This document shows, one piece after another, positions 20,823-30,573 of a stretch of DNA of 64,000 nucleotides. A program made the translations under genes and the position numbers. The first letter of the stretch is position 1. The number at the start of each line of letters is the position of its first letter. The stretch lies in IMG/VR virus record IMGVR_UViG_3300031227_000026, one strand, 5' to 3'. Source of the stretch: an uncultured virus (IMG/VR IMGVR_UViG_3300031227_000026) (taxonomy: Duplodnaviria; Heunggongvirae; Uroviricota; Caudoviricetes). Below the pieces are notes generated by a model. It was not told the origin of the DNA. It saw only the letters and a program-made list of their open reading frames with translations, and did not search any database.

Positions 20823-20896
20823 TCGCGCGCGCGGTGCGGGGGTCGTGCGGATGGTGCGGATGGTGCGGGTCGTGCGGATGGTGCGGGCGCGCGCGA
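20823..20896. repeat. 9-bp GG-rich repeats enclosed by (CG)n inverted arms
   Basis: TCGCGCGCGC ... (GCGGATGGT/GCGGGTCGT)n ... GCGCGCGCGA. Confidence 0.85.
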
Positions 20897-20907
20897 GCAT
20901 TTGCTAT

Positions 20908-21114
20908 CTACCTACTCTCAACGACGGTTGCAACTTCGGCAACGGTTGTTGCCACTTCAAAAACGGCATCAATGTATATACGCAAAAGGTCATCGACTTC
21001 GTCCAGCGTATTTTGCGCACATAGCGAGTCTCGAACGACGGCCATGACTGCGACGGGCGGCGCGTGCCTGCAGTATACAGCTAGGTCGGTAATGGCTTGC
21101 TTGCTATTCATCAT
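20908..21114 (-). CDS. Hypothetical protein
   Basis: AAGGAG RBS; ATGA overlap with the upstream gene. Confidence 0.6.
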   Translation of the reverse strand: MMNSKQAITDLAVYCRHAPPVAVMAVVRDSLCAQNTLDEVDDLLRIYIDAVFEVATTVAEVATVVESR

Positions 21115-21410
21115 TGCCGGCTCCTTTCGGCTCGCTCGGCGGCTCGTTCGGCTGACGTGGCAACGGCCTGCGCGCAACGCAAATTGAGGTCGGCCGCCTG
21201 TGCATCCAAAAGTGCTAATTCGGCAATGTGTTCGGCGGCATCGGCTTCCACTTGCGCTGAAGTTTGTTCGGTATAGATAGTAGCGTGCGCGCGCGCGGCG
21301 GTGGCGGCGTCGATGGCCACAAATGCTTTTCGCGCCATTACCACCACTTCGGATGTGCGTTTGGCGACAGCGCCGCGCGTAAACTTCATAAATTCTCGCC
21401 TGTTCATCAT
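21111..21410 (-). CDS. Hypothetical Ala-rich protein
   Basis: AAGGAG RBS, then MMNRREFMKF. Confidence 0.6.
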   Translation of the reverse strand: MMNRREFMKFTRGAVAKRTSEVVVMARKAFVAIDAATAARAHATIYTEQTSAQVEADAAEHIAELALLDAQAADLNLRCAQAVATSAERAAERAERSRQ

Positions 21411-21446
21411 CTGGTCGGCTCCTTTCAGCGATAATTCGCTAGACAA

Positions 21447-21476
21447 AGTATAACATAATTTGGCGCCTTGTGTCCA
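21447..21476 (-). promoter_or_regulatory. Sigma70-type promoter of the GC-rich operon
   Basis: TGGACA-18 bp-TATACT with an extended -10 TG. Confidence 0.6.
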
Positions 21477-21570
21477 GAATAAAACAAAATATTATCCCCA
21501 TACGGCGCAAAGGGTTATGACTTTTAGGGCAGAAATTTTAATTCAGGTATTCAAATACCACAATACCACT

Positions 21571-21888
21571 ATATAGGGAATGTTATATAGTCTAAATGTT
21601 ATAGAGGATGTTATATAGTCTAAATGCTATAGGGGATGCTATAGGGGATGTTATAGAAGATACTATAGAAGATACTATAGAGGATACTATAGAGGATATT
21701 ATAGGGGATATTATAGGGGATATTATAGGGGATATTATAGGGGATATTATAGGGGATATTATAGGGGATATTATAGGGGATATTATAGGGGATACTATAG
21801 AAAATACTATAGAAAATACTATATGGGATACTATAGGGGATGTTATATGGGATATTATAGGGGATGCTATATGGGATATTATAGGGGG
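21571..21888. repeat. 12-bp tandem array (ATAGGGGATATT)n
   Basis: 21 consecutive 12-bp units at 21629..21880 plus degenerate flanks. Confidence 0.95.
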
Positions 21889-21911
21889 TGCAAGATGCCT
21901 CTTCAGACTAT

Positions 21912-21999
21912 TTGATCCGGCAACTTTTCGGATCGTTGATCCGACAACTTTTTAGATCGTTGATCCGATAATTTTTTGGATCGTTGATTTTTAAAATCA
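21912..21999. repeat. 24-bp GATC-rich repeat (about 3.5 copies) ending in a TGATTTTTAAAATCA palindrome
   Basis: TTGATCCG-N-AACTTTT-N-GATCG units. Confidence 0.9.
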
Positions 22000-22002
22000 C
22001 CT

Positions 22003-22171
<169 letters not shown>

Positions 22172-22912
22172 TCAAGTATGGATAAACCTTTTAGGACTGT
22201 TTTTTAGGCAATAATGGAGTCACACCCGAAGGACTATAATAAGCTCTGCAGTATGCAAGCTGCAGTATGCAAGCTGCAAAGATTTTATGATCATAAGAGT
22301 AGTCTAATGTATGATTCCAACTTCTCGACAAGATTCCCGAACATTTCACAAGCCACAACATCTTGCCCTACAGGGCTTTACATCAATATCCACCAATCCG
22401 TCATAAGTCCTTGCTATATATAGACTTTATATTTTACATTCATATTCCCAATTTTTGCTGTTGTTAAATAAAATAGAATAAAAATATATACAATAGGACT
22501 GGGAGCCTCTAATCCGGAAGTCTATCAAACTCGCAGGAAGCCCGCTACAGGCTACAACCAGCTTTACCGATAATCCCAGCCAACACGGTTTCAAGCAAGC
22601 CTACAAGCCGCCAGCAAGCTCTAACAGGCTTGTATCCCAACATTTACGTAGGCGACCCGATTCTATGATTCGGTGTTCTTGTCAAGATCCTGTCCCCAAG
22701 AGTTTATAATAAATGCCTCAATAACAGACGCATCGGCACCTTCCTGTATTGCCTTTCTACACTCCCTTAGGTCAACACGCATCGCCGCATCAGCACACTC
22801 CCGTTCGGCTTCTGCCAAATGCCCAATAGCAAAGATACGATGGTGACCGTATGCCGGTATTTCGGATTCTAAAATCAAGACGTAAGCCTGTCCGATATGT
22901 TTTTCAACACAT

Positions 22913-23470
22913 TCATCGCAACGAGCCAAAGTAATGTCCCTCCTTACATTCACGGTAACGCTTTACAAAATGTGCCGCTGCAGCCATTGGCGGCAAACAT
23001 TCTACCAACAAACCATCCTCAAGCCCAGTTTCACCATCATCAAAAACAGTGCTCCACGGTAGCAATGTCTGGAACTCGGTAACAAGACTTTTCTTATCAG
23101 CTTTTTTAATAATACGCTTCTCAGAGTAATCCGGCCTGCTGATATCTAGCCCCGTATAAATTGCCGCCTGAATCCGGACCTCTAGCTCACACAGCTTTTT
23201 CGATTGCAAAAACACCTTCAATGGAGACGATAGGTCGCCAATATATGCTTCATGGGCATCATGAAGCAGTCCCCACAAAGGAAAAAGTCCTTCTTGCGGA
23301 ACAGCCCGTGATACAAGGATCGAATGCTCCGCAACGGAATAGAACTGTGAACAAAATCCCACGAATCGACATAAATGCCCCAATGAATGTGCAATCTCTA
23401 CTATAGTATACTCGTGTTCTTCAGGATTTGCAAAATCAAAAAGCTTCGTAGAGTGGTAAGTTGCTATCAT
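22913..23470 (-). CDS. HD-domain phosphohydrolase (YfbR/YfdR-like nucleotidase)
   Basis: CRFVG..YSVAEHS..LLHDAHEAYIGD..PLK..AD. Confidence 0.85.
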   Translation of the reverse strand: MIATYHSTKLFDFANPEEHEYTIVEIAHSLGHLCRFVGFCSQFYSVAEHSILVSRAVPQEGLFPLWGLLHDAHEAYIGDLSSPLKVFLQSKKLCELEVRIQAAIYTGLDISRPDYSEKRIIKKADKKSLVTEFQTLLPWSTVFDDGETGLEDGLLVECLPPMAAAAHFVKRYRECKEGHYFGSLR

Positions 23471-24039
23471 GTATATGTCGTCCTTTCTGGTAATATTTGT
23501 ATACCACCTATCTTTGCCATCTTGTCTATTATTCGTCGGGCAGGTTTCGGTGTTTTCCACGGCATTGACCAGAAAACCTCTTTACCGGAAGACTTTTCTC
23601 GTACTGTGATCCACCACATATCCTCTACAATTTCTTCCCTTATGAAACTCTCACAACATACTCGTGCCGTAAATTCTATCATCATAGGGCTCCACAAAAA
23701 GTATATTCATTTTCTTCAAACCAGTCAGCAAGTATACCGCTTATTGAGGATTGTACATCCCGTATTTGATGTATCTGCTGGACAGTCACCCAGTTATTGT
23801 GGCCATCTAGTCCAATAACACCATAGCTCCACACAGGATGATTTGCTCCAAAGTGTTTGGAAGCAGTCAGGAATCCAGTTTGCACATAACCTTCAAAACT
23901 AAACTTAAAATATTCCCCAAGACCTATAGTCTCTGGAATTGTTAGCAAGTCATATCGTGACAAGATTTCAAAAATCTGTGACGTTATCTCGACCACTACA
24001 TCTGGAGTACCCTGTTGCTCTAAAATTTCCAGTGCTCTT

Positions 24040-24793
24040 TTAAGACCGGTCATTTGTTTTCCTTTCTATTAAACCAATTAACCCACTCTTTTTCTTTCGA
24101 ATCTCCGGCAGGCCTCTCAAAGTCGAACCAGCCGAATGCCTTATATAATTCTCTGCACCCTTGCCGATCCACTTGCCTTGCAGCAGCAATGCTTTTGCAG
24201 GGGAGTTCCAAAGTGCAACAAACATAGATACCTCTTCAAGACTCCGCGACCTGTCAGCAAGCTCCCGCCATAATCTAAAGAATCTATGTGTCTCCTCGTT
24301 TCTTTTCCACCAAAAGCATCCAGCACAAGGTGTCATAAAACCACCTTCCCCCAAGATGCTTTTTAACCATATCCCACTTACCACTCCGACCGCCAAGCTC
24401 CTGCAACGACCGATATCCAACATAAGCAAGATCCCAAGAATCCAGATACTGGAATGGCAAGAGGAATTCGGGTCTCCGTATGAGAACATCAGCGTCAAGA
24501 TGCAAGGTTCGTCGAAAAGGAGACAATTCATCAAGCCACATTCGAGTCTTGATATAGGCATTATCTCGCACTGGCATATAGTAACGACTGACATTTTTCA
24601 TCTTAGGCCATCTTTCAACATTGGTGATGATGTTGACGGGCGCCGAAAAACGCCTATGTAGAAATTCAATTGACTTAACAGCGCAATCTCTATACTCATT
24701 TCCGTAGGCAATAATAACAATTCCTACATCTGTTACCTTTGGCATCGGGATCTTTTCTACCAATTTTTTTATATGGTCTTCAAGTATACTCAT
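24040..24793 (-). pseudogene. GT-A fold glycosyltransferase-like gene split by a one-base frameshift
   Basis: The upstream frame has SPFRRTLHLDAD (DxD); the downstream frame continues AGCFWWK..FFRLW; the junction is a G5 run at 24348..24352. Confidence 0.6.
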
Positions 24794-25313
24794 TGTATTT
24801 TCTCTCCCCTTCTAGACACTTAGCACACTTGACTTGTTCACCAGATTCATTACCAATATGATTTTTGTCTTTTACCCATCTGACTTTAATCGGTTGCTTG
24901 TAAAGGACACAATAGAGTTCGCCCTTACTATCTACATCACCAAAAACACAATCATTGCATCTCATTTCTTTTCTCCTTCGATTTTAGAGATCAATATTTC
25001 TCGTGCCTTTTGGGCATCATGAAGCTCATAAGTCTCTTTAATAAATGCAACAAAATTGTCATACTTATTAATAAGGTTTAATCGTATTTCATTATATGCT
25101 ATAATACTCCTATTGTAGTCATACAACGATACCGTAATACATTGATTGCAACAGATATCATTGTTTTCAGGATTCTCACCACAACAAGAGTCACAACATA
25201 ATTTCCCACATACACAACATTCATCAGGCAGGTCACAAGGCTTACCACAAAGATCACAATATTCTTGCTTCTCTAATAATTTCATACTTTCTCCAATTCT
25301 ACTGGTCTAAACA

Positions 25314-25838
25314 TTATCTGTTATCTCCAGTAAATCGCTTGCCATCTTCAGTAAATTCATATTCATTAACCCTAAGAGCGTCTTCCACGTATTCCCTGCT
25401 TTTGCGGAACTCAAACTCCTTGCGCAATATTGAAAGATATTCTTCAAGAATCGCACGCTTGAATTCTGATTCCAATTCCTCTAATTCAACATCAAAATCC
25501 CGTCCGCATCCCGTAGTTTCATAATCCGCTTCCTGTTCGTCTACTATGCGTCCGAAATCGTTCTTGAATGTGAACGCGAGTTTGTAGGTTTCATACCATT
25601 CACCATGACTTTTAATAATCCTATTTGCGCAGTCTGCAATATTCAATATTTCGCCTTTGATACTGTTTCCTTGACCAGCATCAAATGACATTATCTTAAT
25701 CCCAATGGCGTCTGCATCTTCATAGACGGAATCCCACCACCAATCATAATCCCCTTCCTCCCACCACTGGCATGCTTTCTCTTTTGCCTTGGCAGACAAT
25801 TCTTCATACGTATAGACTTTAATTGTCACATTCCTCAT
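25314..25838 (-). CDS. Conserved phage protein, YxYxELSxxAK family (paralogs at 35921..36449 and 39123..39590)
   Basis: Shared N-terminus and EYEF..G..F C-terminus. Confidence 0.7.
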   Translation of the reverse strand: MRNVTIKVYTYEELSAKAKEKACQWWEEGDYDWWWDSVYEDADAIGIKIMSFDAGQGNSIKGEILNIADCANRIIKSHGEWYETYKLAFTFKNDFGRIVDEQEADYETTGCGRDFDVELEELESEFKRAILEEYLSILRKEFEFRKSREYVEDALRVNEYEFTEDGKRFTGDNR

Positions 25839-26436
25839 ACTTTACTCCTCTCCTTACAAACTTTAGCCAGTTCCTCATGCCAAATCCTCAGACGCTCGTT
25901 TTCTTTGGCTTCCCGCAAATGGTAACCAGCGCCCCATGAATACGAACATCTGGTCTCTGCTCCATGTTTCCTGTGTAAGCTCAGTTCAAAGTTTTCTTCA
26001 TTCCTGATCTTCGTCTCATTTACTGAGGCCGCAAATGCTTCAGCCTCAGTATCAAAAACCTTGGTGCTATTATAGAACTGATGGGAAGTCATGTAATAGA
26101 TAGTAGGCTCTTTTGAATATTCGATTTTGCAAATCGTCTTAAGTTCTGCCGCTGGTTCACTAGTGTACTCGACTATTTGTCCAATCGGATTATTATAACC
26201 ATGTGAGCAAAAGTCACAAGGCAATTCAACAACACGCCCGTCACCAAGAGTCAAGTGAACAACTCGCTTGCCTAAACAAATAGGGCATGTGACCAGTATT
26301 TCACGATGATCCGGGGCTGGACACCAAACTTCATCGCCGATTTTATACTTCATATCTTCACTCTCCTTTTGAAGCCTCATTATTTTCCTTTAGTGCTTTC
26401 AGCTCTTTAAGAGCTTTTGTAGCAATAAAGAAAGCC

Positions 26437-27030
26437 TTAAATGTGATTTTTGTGTAGTCTACACGACAAATCATAACACGCAATACATTCAAAGGTATCT
26501 CCAGTTCCTTCGCTTACTCCTATTAAATTTATCGGCGATTCAGGTTTTGGTGAATAATAACCTGTCATTTCTTTGCCCAATGTCTTATCAAAGAATTTTT
26601 TTGTTGCGCCAACATCGACCTCGTTTTCACATAATCGGCATTTCATTATAAATCCAAAGTGCACATCAGTAGTCTCCTTTATAATTATTTCGATGCAGGT
26701 AAGCAAACGTGCAAAGTGCTCTCCGCGACATGGTTGGAAGGCACTTCTTTCTTTCTTTACCATCTCGACAATGGTATTCAACTTGCGATTCGCGGAATCA
26801 TATTGCGCCGTCATCCGCTCGACCTCGGCATGGAGTTCCTCGTTTTCTTTAGTACTGGCATCAAGAAGAGGCCACACATCTGCAGGCTTTGAGCCTTTGT
26901 GACTCTCCTTGACGATCTTTCGAATATCACTCTCCAATTCCCATTGAAGCATTTTTCCTTCCTCTCTACTTATATGCCCATTATCTATCAAGTCCTTCAT
27001 GAATCTAAATGCACAGCTTTCAGGTGTCAT
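26437..27030 (-). CDS. MTP-start coiled-coil family protein
   Basis: GGAG RBS, then MTPESC; contains the ANRKL module. Confidence 0.6.
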   Translation of the reverse strand: MTPESCAFRFMKDLIDNGHISREEGKMLQWELESDIRKIVKESHKGSKPADVWPLLDASTKENEELHAEVERMTAQYDSANRKLNTIVEMVKKERSAFQPCRGEHFARLLTCIEIIIKETTDVHFGFIMKCRLCENEVDVGATKKFFDKTLGKEMTGYYSPKPESPINLIGVSEGTGDTFECIACYDLSCRLHKNHI

Positions 27031-27043
27031 AATCATTCTCCAG

Positions 27044-27472
27044 TTATTTACGCCAGTCATGAATGATAGCGCCTTCGTCCCATGTGACTTTACAATCATC
27101 AAACAGCCATGCTTCGCCACCGCTTTCGACGTGTCCCTTGCTGTCGCTCCCGAAAGACGCCTCACCACTAGACTTGACCTCACCAGTGCTATTAACATCA
27201 AAATCTGCCAAGCCACCACTTCTAACTACCCCAGAGCTACTGCCAGTGAAATATCCATAACCGCCATCCTCAAGAATACCATGACTTGCGTTGCGGAACT
27301 CTCCTTCAACACCTTTTGTGATGGTGCGACTGCCCTCATAAATGGTAATCTTATTCATGGTAAATCCATCCTCGCAATCTCCTGTGCCACCATACTCGAC
27401 TGCATCCTTGTAGAGATACGCCTTGTTGCCGCATATAAGCGCGTAGCTTTCCCTAGTAGCTGTCTTACCCAT
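27044..27472 (-). CDS. Gly/Ser repeat beta-solenoid-like protein
   Basis: Repeats such as STGEVKSSGEASF and SKGHVESGGEAWL. Confidence 0.55.
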   Translation of the reverse strand: MGKTATRESYALICGNKAYLYKDAVEYGGTGDCEDGFTMNKITIYEGSRTITKGVEGEFRNASHGILEDGGYGYFTGSSSGVVRSGGLADFDVNSTGEVKSSGEASFGSDSKGHVESGGEAWLFDDCKVTWDEGAIIHDWRK

Positions 27473-27475
27473 CTG

Positions 27476-27883
27476 TCATTCTCCTTGTTCTAGCATTTCA
27501 AGCACATTACGAACGATAGTGCTAGGGTCATCACAGGCATAGCACTGCATTATCGCCGCAAGGAGCTTGCGATTGGCAAGATCACGCTCTTCACGAGCAT
27601 GCTTCAGTTTGTCAAGAACGCTGTTAATGTCCTTTTTCAGTCCAACTTGTCCGCTTGGTGGACAGATAGTATCAAAATTGCAAAACGATTGTAACATAAG
27701 AACTTCGCCTTCAAACTCAACCGGCGGGAGCTTCCCTTTCGTTCTATCAATCTTTGCTCTTATACTCATTGGCGTCTTGCATGTTATGCAGTTTTTCCAT
27801 TGCGCATTTACAGCCATGACCAGCGGTAAAGTAGTCCCACAAGTCTTACACCACCATTCAAGTTTCTCATCCTTCGGTGTCAT
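27476..27883 (-). CDS. MTP-start family protein with CxxC pairs
   Basis: MTPKDE..ERDLANRKL..VLEMLEQGE. Confidence 0.65.
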   Translation of the reverse strand: MTPKDEKLEWWCKTCGTTLPLVMAVNAQWKNCITCKTPMSIRAKIDRTKGKLPPVEFEGEVLMLQSFCNFDTICPPSGQVGLKKDINSVLDKLKHAREERDLANRKLLAAIMQCYACDDPSTIVRNVLEMLEQGE

Positions 27884-28621
27884 GTTGCTTCTCCTTGTTC
27901 TAGCATTTCAAGCACATTACGAACAATGATTTCGGGGACTAATGGGTATCATTCCCCCATCAACTGCTCGTATTCCAAACTCATCAAACTTAAAAACAAT
28001 CTTCGGAGTAAGACAGCGCATCAAGTGTGCAAACTCTGCTCCCGTGCAGTTAGCATCCACCCAATCGAGCATTAGCTTGTTCTCTGCCATGAGTATGGCG
28101 TTCTGGTCATCAACACATTGCTGGATGATAGCTTCGACACCCTCATTCTCGCTAGGTGAAAAAGCTAGAAGCTCCATTATCTCTACAGTTCCTTCATTCG
28201 GTGTCATGTTGCTTCTCCTGACATAGAGTAAAAGAAGCTATTGCAATCCGGGCAATATCCAGCATTACCCATCACATTGCCATAAGCATACCGCTCAAGT
28301 TCCACCGTTTTCCGGTTGTGTCTCCAGTCCACTTCCTTCGCCATTTCTTGCCGCCACTTTCGACGCCTCCAAAGCCAGCCGAGTCCACACCAACGCAACC
28401 AGCGGGGTGCAAGAGGGATATGAACTTGTTCTGCTTCGATTGGGTTATGACCGCAAACGTGAATCATTCGCGTCACGCCAACCGGAACCAGAAAGACTTT
28501 CGGCGGCTCGGTGTGGAACGCCTGTGTGCCTGTGCTGGTCACACGTTGCATCTGCCCCTGTATCACCCGCCGCATAACTTCTTCTGGAAACGTTTGCGTC
28601 ACGCTTTTGATTCTGCCCATG

Positions 28622-29239
28622 TCATTCTCCTTGTTCTAGCATTTCAAGCACTTCGGTCTTGCGAAGAATATAACGCTGTGTAACTGCCCAGTCAAATGAC
28701 GAAATAATAGGTGAAACAATTCCGCCATCCGTAAGATATATATCACCACAACGTGGCTTTCGATAATCAATAATCTCGTAACCTTCAGGCACTTCGGGCT
28801 TGACCACGGCGTCGAGCTTCTCCTGGAGTTCGTCGCGCTCTACGATTACTTGGTCGCGTTTTTCGCAGACGGCTCTATCGTCTACATCGCTCAGTTTTGA
28901 GCGCAGATACGGACACCGCTCAACAAGGCTCTTGAGCCGCTCGACCTTTGCTTTGAGCTCGTCGCGCTCGGCGGCAATCTTTTTCACCATGGCTTGCCAG
29001 TGCTGGCTCTCGTTCCGGATAATCCGCTTTGCCGATTCGACTTCTGTTTCAAGACGCTTGCGATTTGCAAGATCACGCTCGGTCACCAGCTTGACATTGA
29101 TGCCAATTGCGATAGCTCGCTCCTGCCGGAGCGCGTCATAAACGGCATCATAAGCACATTGCTGGATGATTGCTATCCGCTCGGCATGGGTATAAGTTTT
29201 GTTACTTTCTATTTCGTTATACGCTTCTTTCGGTGTCAT
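28622..29239 (-). CDS. MTP-start coiled-coil family protein
   Basis: AAGGAG RBS; IIQQC, ERDLANRK, KKIAAERDELKAK and VLEMLEQGE modules. Confidence 0.65.
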   Translation of the reverse strand: MTPKEAYNEIESNKTYTHAERIAIIQQCAYDAVYDALRQERAIAIGINVKLVTERDLANRKRLETEVESAKRIIRNESQHWQAMVKKIAAERDELKAKVERLKSLVERCPYLRSKLSDVDDRAVCEKRDQVIVERDELQEKLDAVVKPEVPEGYEIIDYRKPRCGDIYLTDGGIVSPIISSFDWAVTQRYILRKTEVLEMLEQGE

Positions 29240-30123
29240 GCTGTTTCTCCTTTGCCGCTTGTTTGCACGATTCGGGGCGTAGATAATGATATTCAACAAG
29301 CTTGTCATGTAGGTCATCTATGTCTGCTGATTCTATGCCCGATTCTTCGCCAACCCACATTTCTTTAAGGTCGCCGTGCCCGTTGCCGCAGTAGTGACCC
29401 CCCATGTCAGAGTGCTGCACCATCGGACACCCAGGACTCCCATCACAATATCGCTCATTTTCGAGCTTGACCGTTATCGAGAACTTATCTGGCTTGCACT
29501 TCTGGCAATAAGACTCCGGATTCGGTGTCATGATTTGTCCTCCAGAATCTTTCCGATTTCGTGAATCAAGGCGGGGCGATATGCCCCCTTGTTGTTACGG
29601 TAAAACTCATCATTATTCACCACTTCCAGCACCGCCTGAACCTGCGCGTGAGTTCGCCGAGTGCGTCGTGTTCAACCTCATCTAGAATCATGGCATCGAA
29701 AGCCCTAGCGTTTTCTTTCGTCCATTCTTCAGTCTCCCAGTTTTTTTTCGATTTCATAATCATTTTCCTCATTCATAAAAGTCAGTATCATCTTTGTCAT
29801 TCATAATTGGGAAGAAACCCTTCGTTTCTTATGTAATCCATTCGATCTTCGAGTGCTTTTACCCGCGCGCGAAGCTGGCAGATAGCCGTAGGGCGTTTCT
29901 TTTTTGTTACGCTAGACCCTGTTCGCTTATTTGTTTTCTTCATCATTACGCTCCTAACACAAGAATAGTCCAGAATGTCGCCGTTTGTCTCGCATCTGCT
30001 GTAAGTCCTTTTGTAATTCCTGCCAACAATAATCACATCGAATTCTATGTGCTCGTATATAGCCATCGCAGATTATCCTGCCACAATCACGGCACTGAAG
30101 GGGAATCCCAGTCATACTTCTTT

Positions 30124-30573
30124 TCACACATCTCCTCCATGTAGTGTTGCTTCTTCAGACGCTTCGGGCTTGGCCTCCATAATCGTCTTGATGCCAGAAA
30201 GCACATTCTCAATCGCCCCATTGTAGCCATCATCAAACGAATTGTCACTGTGGTATTTTATCCGCTCATTGCTCTTTACTATGTTGACCACGGCGTTGAG
30301 CTTGCGCTGGAGTTCGTCACGCTCTATGGCAACCGTGCCTAATACCCCAAGTGCGTGTCTATGCTTTTGTAGAAATTGTTGATAGTTCTGTTCAAGCTCT
30401 TTAATCTTTGCCTTGAGTTTGGCATTTTGGTCATCAACGCATCGTTGAATAAAGTCCTGCATCTGTGATCTTATTACAATTGATAACTCATCATCTATAA
30501 CCTTATAATTCCAAGTTTTCAGTAGTGTTCTATACGCAGTTTCGCAGGATGCTGCACATTCTTCAGGTGTCAT
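30124..30573 (-). CDS. MTP-start coiled-coil family protein
   Basis: CVDDQNA and ERDELQRKLNAVV modules. Confidence 0.65.
   Translation of the reverse strand: MTPEECAASCETAYRTLLKTWNYKVIDDELSIVIRSQMQDFIQRCVDDQNAKLKAKIKELEQNYQQFLQKHRHALGVLGTVAIERDELQRKLNAVVNIVKSNERIKYHSDNSFDDGYNGAIENVLSGIKTIMEAKPEASEEATLHGGDV

Noticed and set aside
21608..21955. ORF encoding (IGDI)n
   Set aside because: By-product of the 12-bp array; no RBS, and on the strand opposite to neighbouring genes.
22913..23470. DatZ of a 2-aminoadenine (Z) genome
   Set aside because: No PurZ in the window; the motifs fit the common YfdR-like family.
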